Assembly (NCBI GenBank): GCA_934246625.1
Contig: CAKQHZ010000002.1
Location: 120,001 to 152,000, forward strand
Length of the DNA stretch: 32,000 nt
DNA from: an uncultured Alphaproteobacteria bacterium
GTDB taxonomy: Bacteria; Pseudomonadota; Alphaproteobacteria; Rs-D84; CACZYB01
Reading direction: 5' to 3'
Shown: piece after piece, positions 31,359 to 32,000 of the stretch
Layout: every line of letters starts with the position of its first letter
How positions within the stretch are numbered: the stretch's first letter is position 1
Position numbers and translations under genes: made by a program
The notes under the pieces: model-generated
Told to the model about the DNA's origin: nothing
What the model saw: the letters and a program-made list of their open reading frames with translations, nothing else
Databases searched by the model: none

Positions 31359-32000
31359 ATGGATATAAAGAAAAAAAGATATTATATTGTTTTTACTGGA
31401 TTATTTCTTATAATTCTAGGTATGCTTATTTATGCTTTGCGACCTGTGAAAAAAGTTAAAAAAGAATCTAATGTGTTGACAAAAGTGTCGGCAGTAAAGA
31501 CTGTAAAGGTAGTAAAGGCTGAAAAAGCAAAGGGATTGCCTCTTAATTTTGTTTATGATGTGCCAAGTGATTATAAAAGAACTATACCTCATTATGTTGG
31601 TATGAAACGACATATTGAAGATATGGATAATATGCAAATTGTTTGTAATGGTAAAAATTGTAAAAGACAGGTTCTTACAACTTCAAAGGTAAAAGTTTAT
31701 CATACCAAAAAAGCAAAGAAAACTTTGAGTGTTGTAAATGGAAATGTTGTTTTTTCAAAAAATAATTTAAAATATCTTAAAAGTGATGTGAAAATTATTG
31801 GTGATTTGTATATTAAGGATATAAATTTCCTTAAAATTCCTGATAATTTTATTGTGCTTGGTAATATTTACCTTATCAATTCAGAAGGTTTGACTTTTAT
31901 GGGTAAAACATATATTGATGGTCATATTTTTGTTAAGGGTAAAAGTAGTGTTAGGGCTTTGCCTTATAATGTGAAATTAACAGGACAGATTTTTATTTAA
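31359..32000 (+). CDS. Membrane-anchored hypothetical protein
   Basis: It has an N-terminal TM helix (YYIVFTGLFLIILGMLIYAL). The C-terminal region has a repetitive beta-rich look (GDLYIKDINFLKIPDNFIVLGNIYLINSEGLTFMGKTYIDGHIFVKG). The stop codon falls at the window end. No family was recognised. Confidence 0.45.
   Translation: MDIKKKRYYIVFTGLFLIILGMLIYALRPVKKVKKESNVLTKVSAVKTVKVVKAEKAKGLPLNFVYDVPSDYKRTIPHYVGMKRHIEDMDNMQIVCNGKNCKRQVLTTSKVKVYHTKKAKKTLSVVNGNVVFSKNNLKYLKSDVKIIGDLYIKDINFLKIPDNFIVLGNIYLINSEGLTFMGKTYIDGHIFVKGKSSVRALPYNVKLTGQIFI

Overview
This is a strongly AT-rich bacterial chromosomal window. All calls come from reading the sequence and ORF track by eye; no searches or folding programs were run. 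An alphaproteobacterium-like origin is only an inference from the FtsZ architecture.

**Region 1-4.6 kb:** the 3' end of a two-partner-secretion (TPS) locus. It holds a TpsA exoprotein ending in an HExxH polymorphic-toxin domain, a lipoprotein immunity candidate, and an orphan toxin/immunity-like pair. That pair was apparently created by duplicating the 5' end of tpsB. The TpsB transporter gene follows.

**Region 4.6-17 kb:** housekeeping genes (NUDIX hydrolase, hexapeptide acyltransferase, glmS, mltA, accB, accC) mixed with accessory genes. The accessory genes are three paralogous Cys-rich secreted proteins, an orphan OmpR-type winged-helix protein, traT, and a membrane NERD-domain protein. 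Two of the Cys-rich genes share a conserved attenuator-like leader.

**Region 17.3-31.3 kb (the main point of interest):** a stripped-down T7-like podovirus structural and lysis module.
- It contains holin-like, SleB-like hydrolase, scaffold-like, gp10-like capsid, gp11-like, gp12-like, gp17-like fibre, gp8-like portal and large terminase genes.
- No polymerase, integrase, small terminase or ejection-protein genes are visible.
- The large terminase is split into an ATPase half and a nuclease half 4.9 kb apart.
- Between the halves lie an array of CU-rich-loop sRNA candidates, a GANTC-rich motif cluster, tRNA-Phe with 147-bp tRNA-derived tandem repeats, a stand-alone ftsZ, and the relocated portal gene.
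- Terminator-like hairpins abut the ribosome-binding sites of each gene block.
- An A10 tract could fuse a histone-H1-like Lys-rich ORF to a membrane ORF by a -1 shift.
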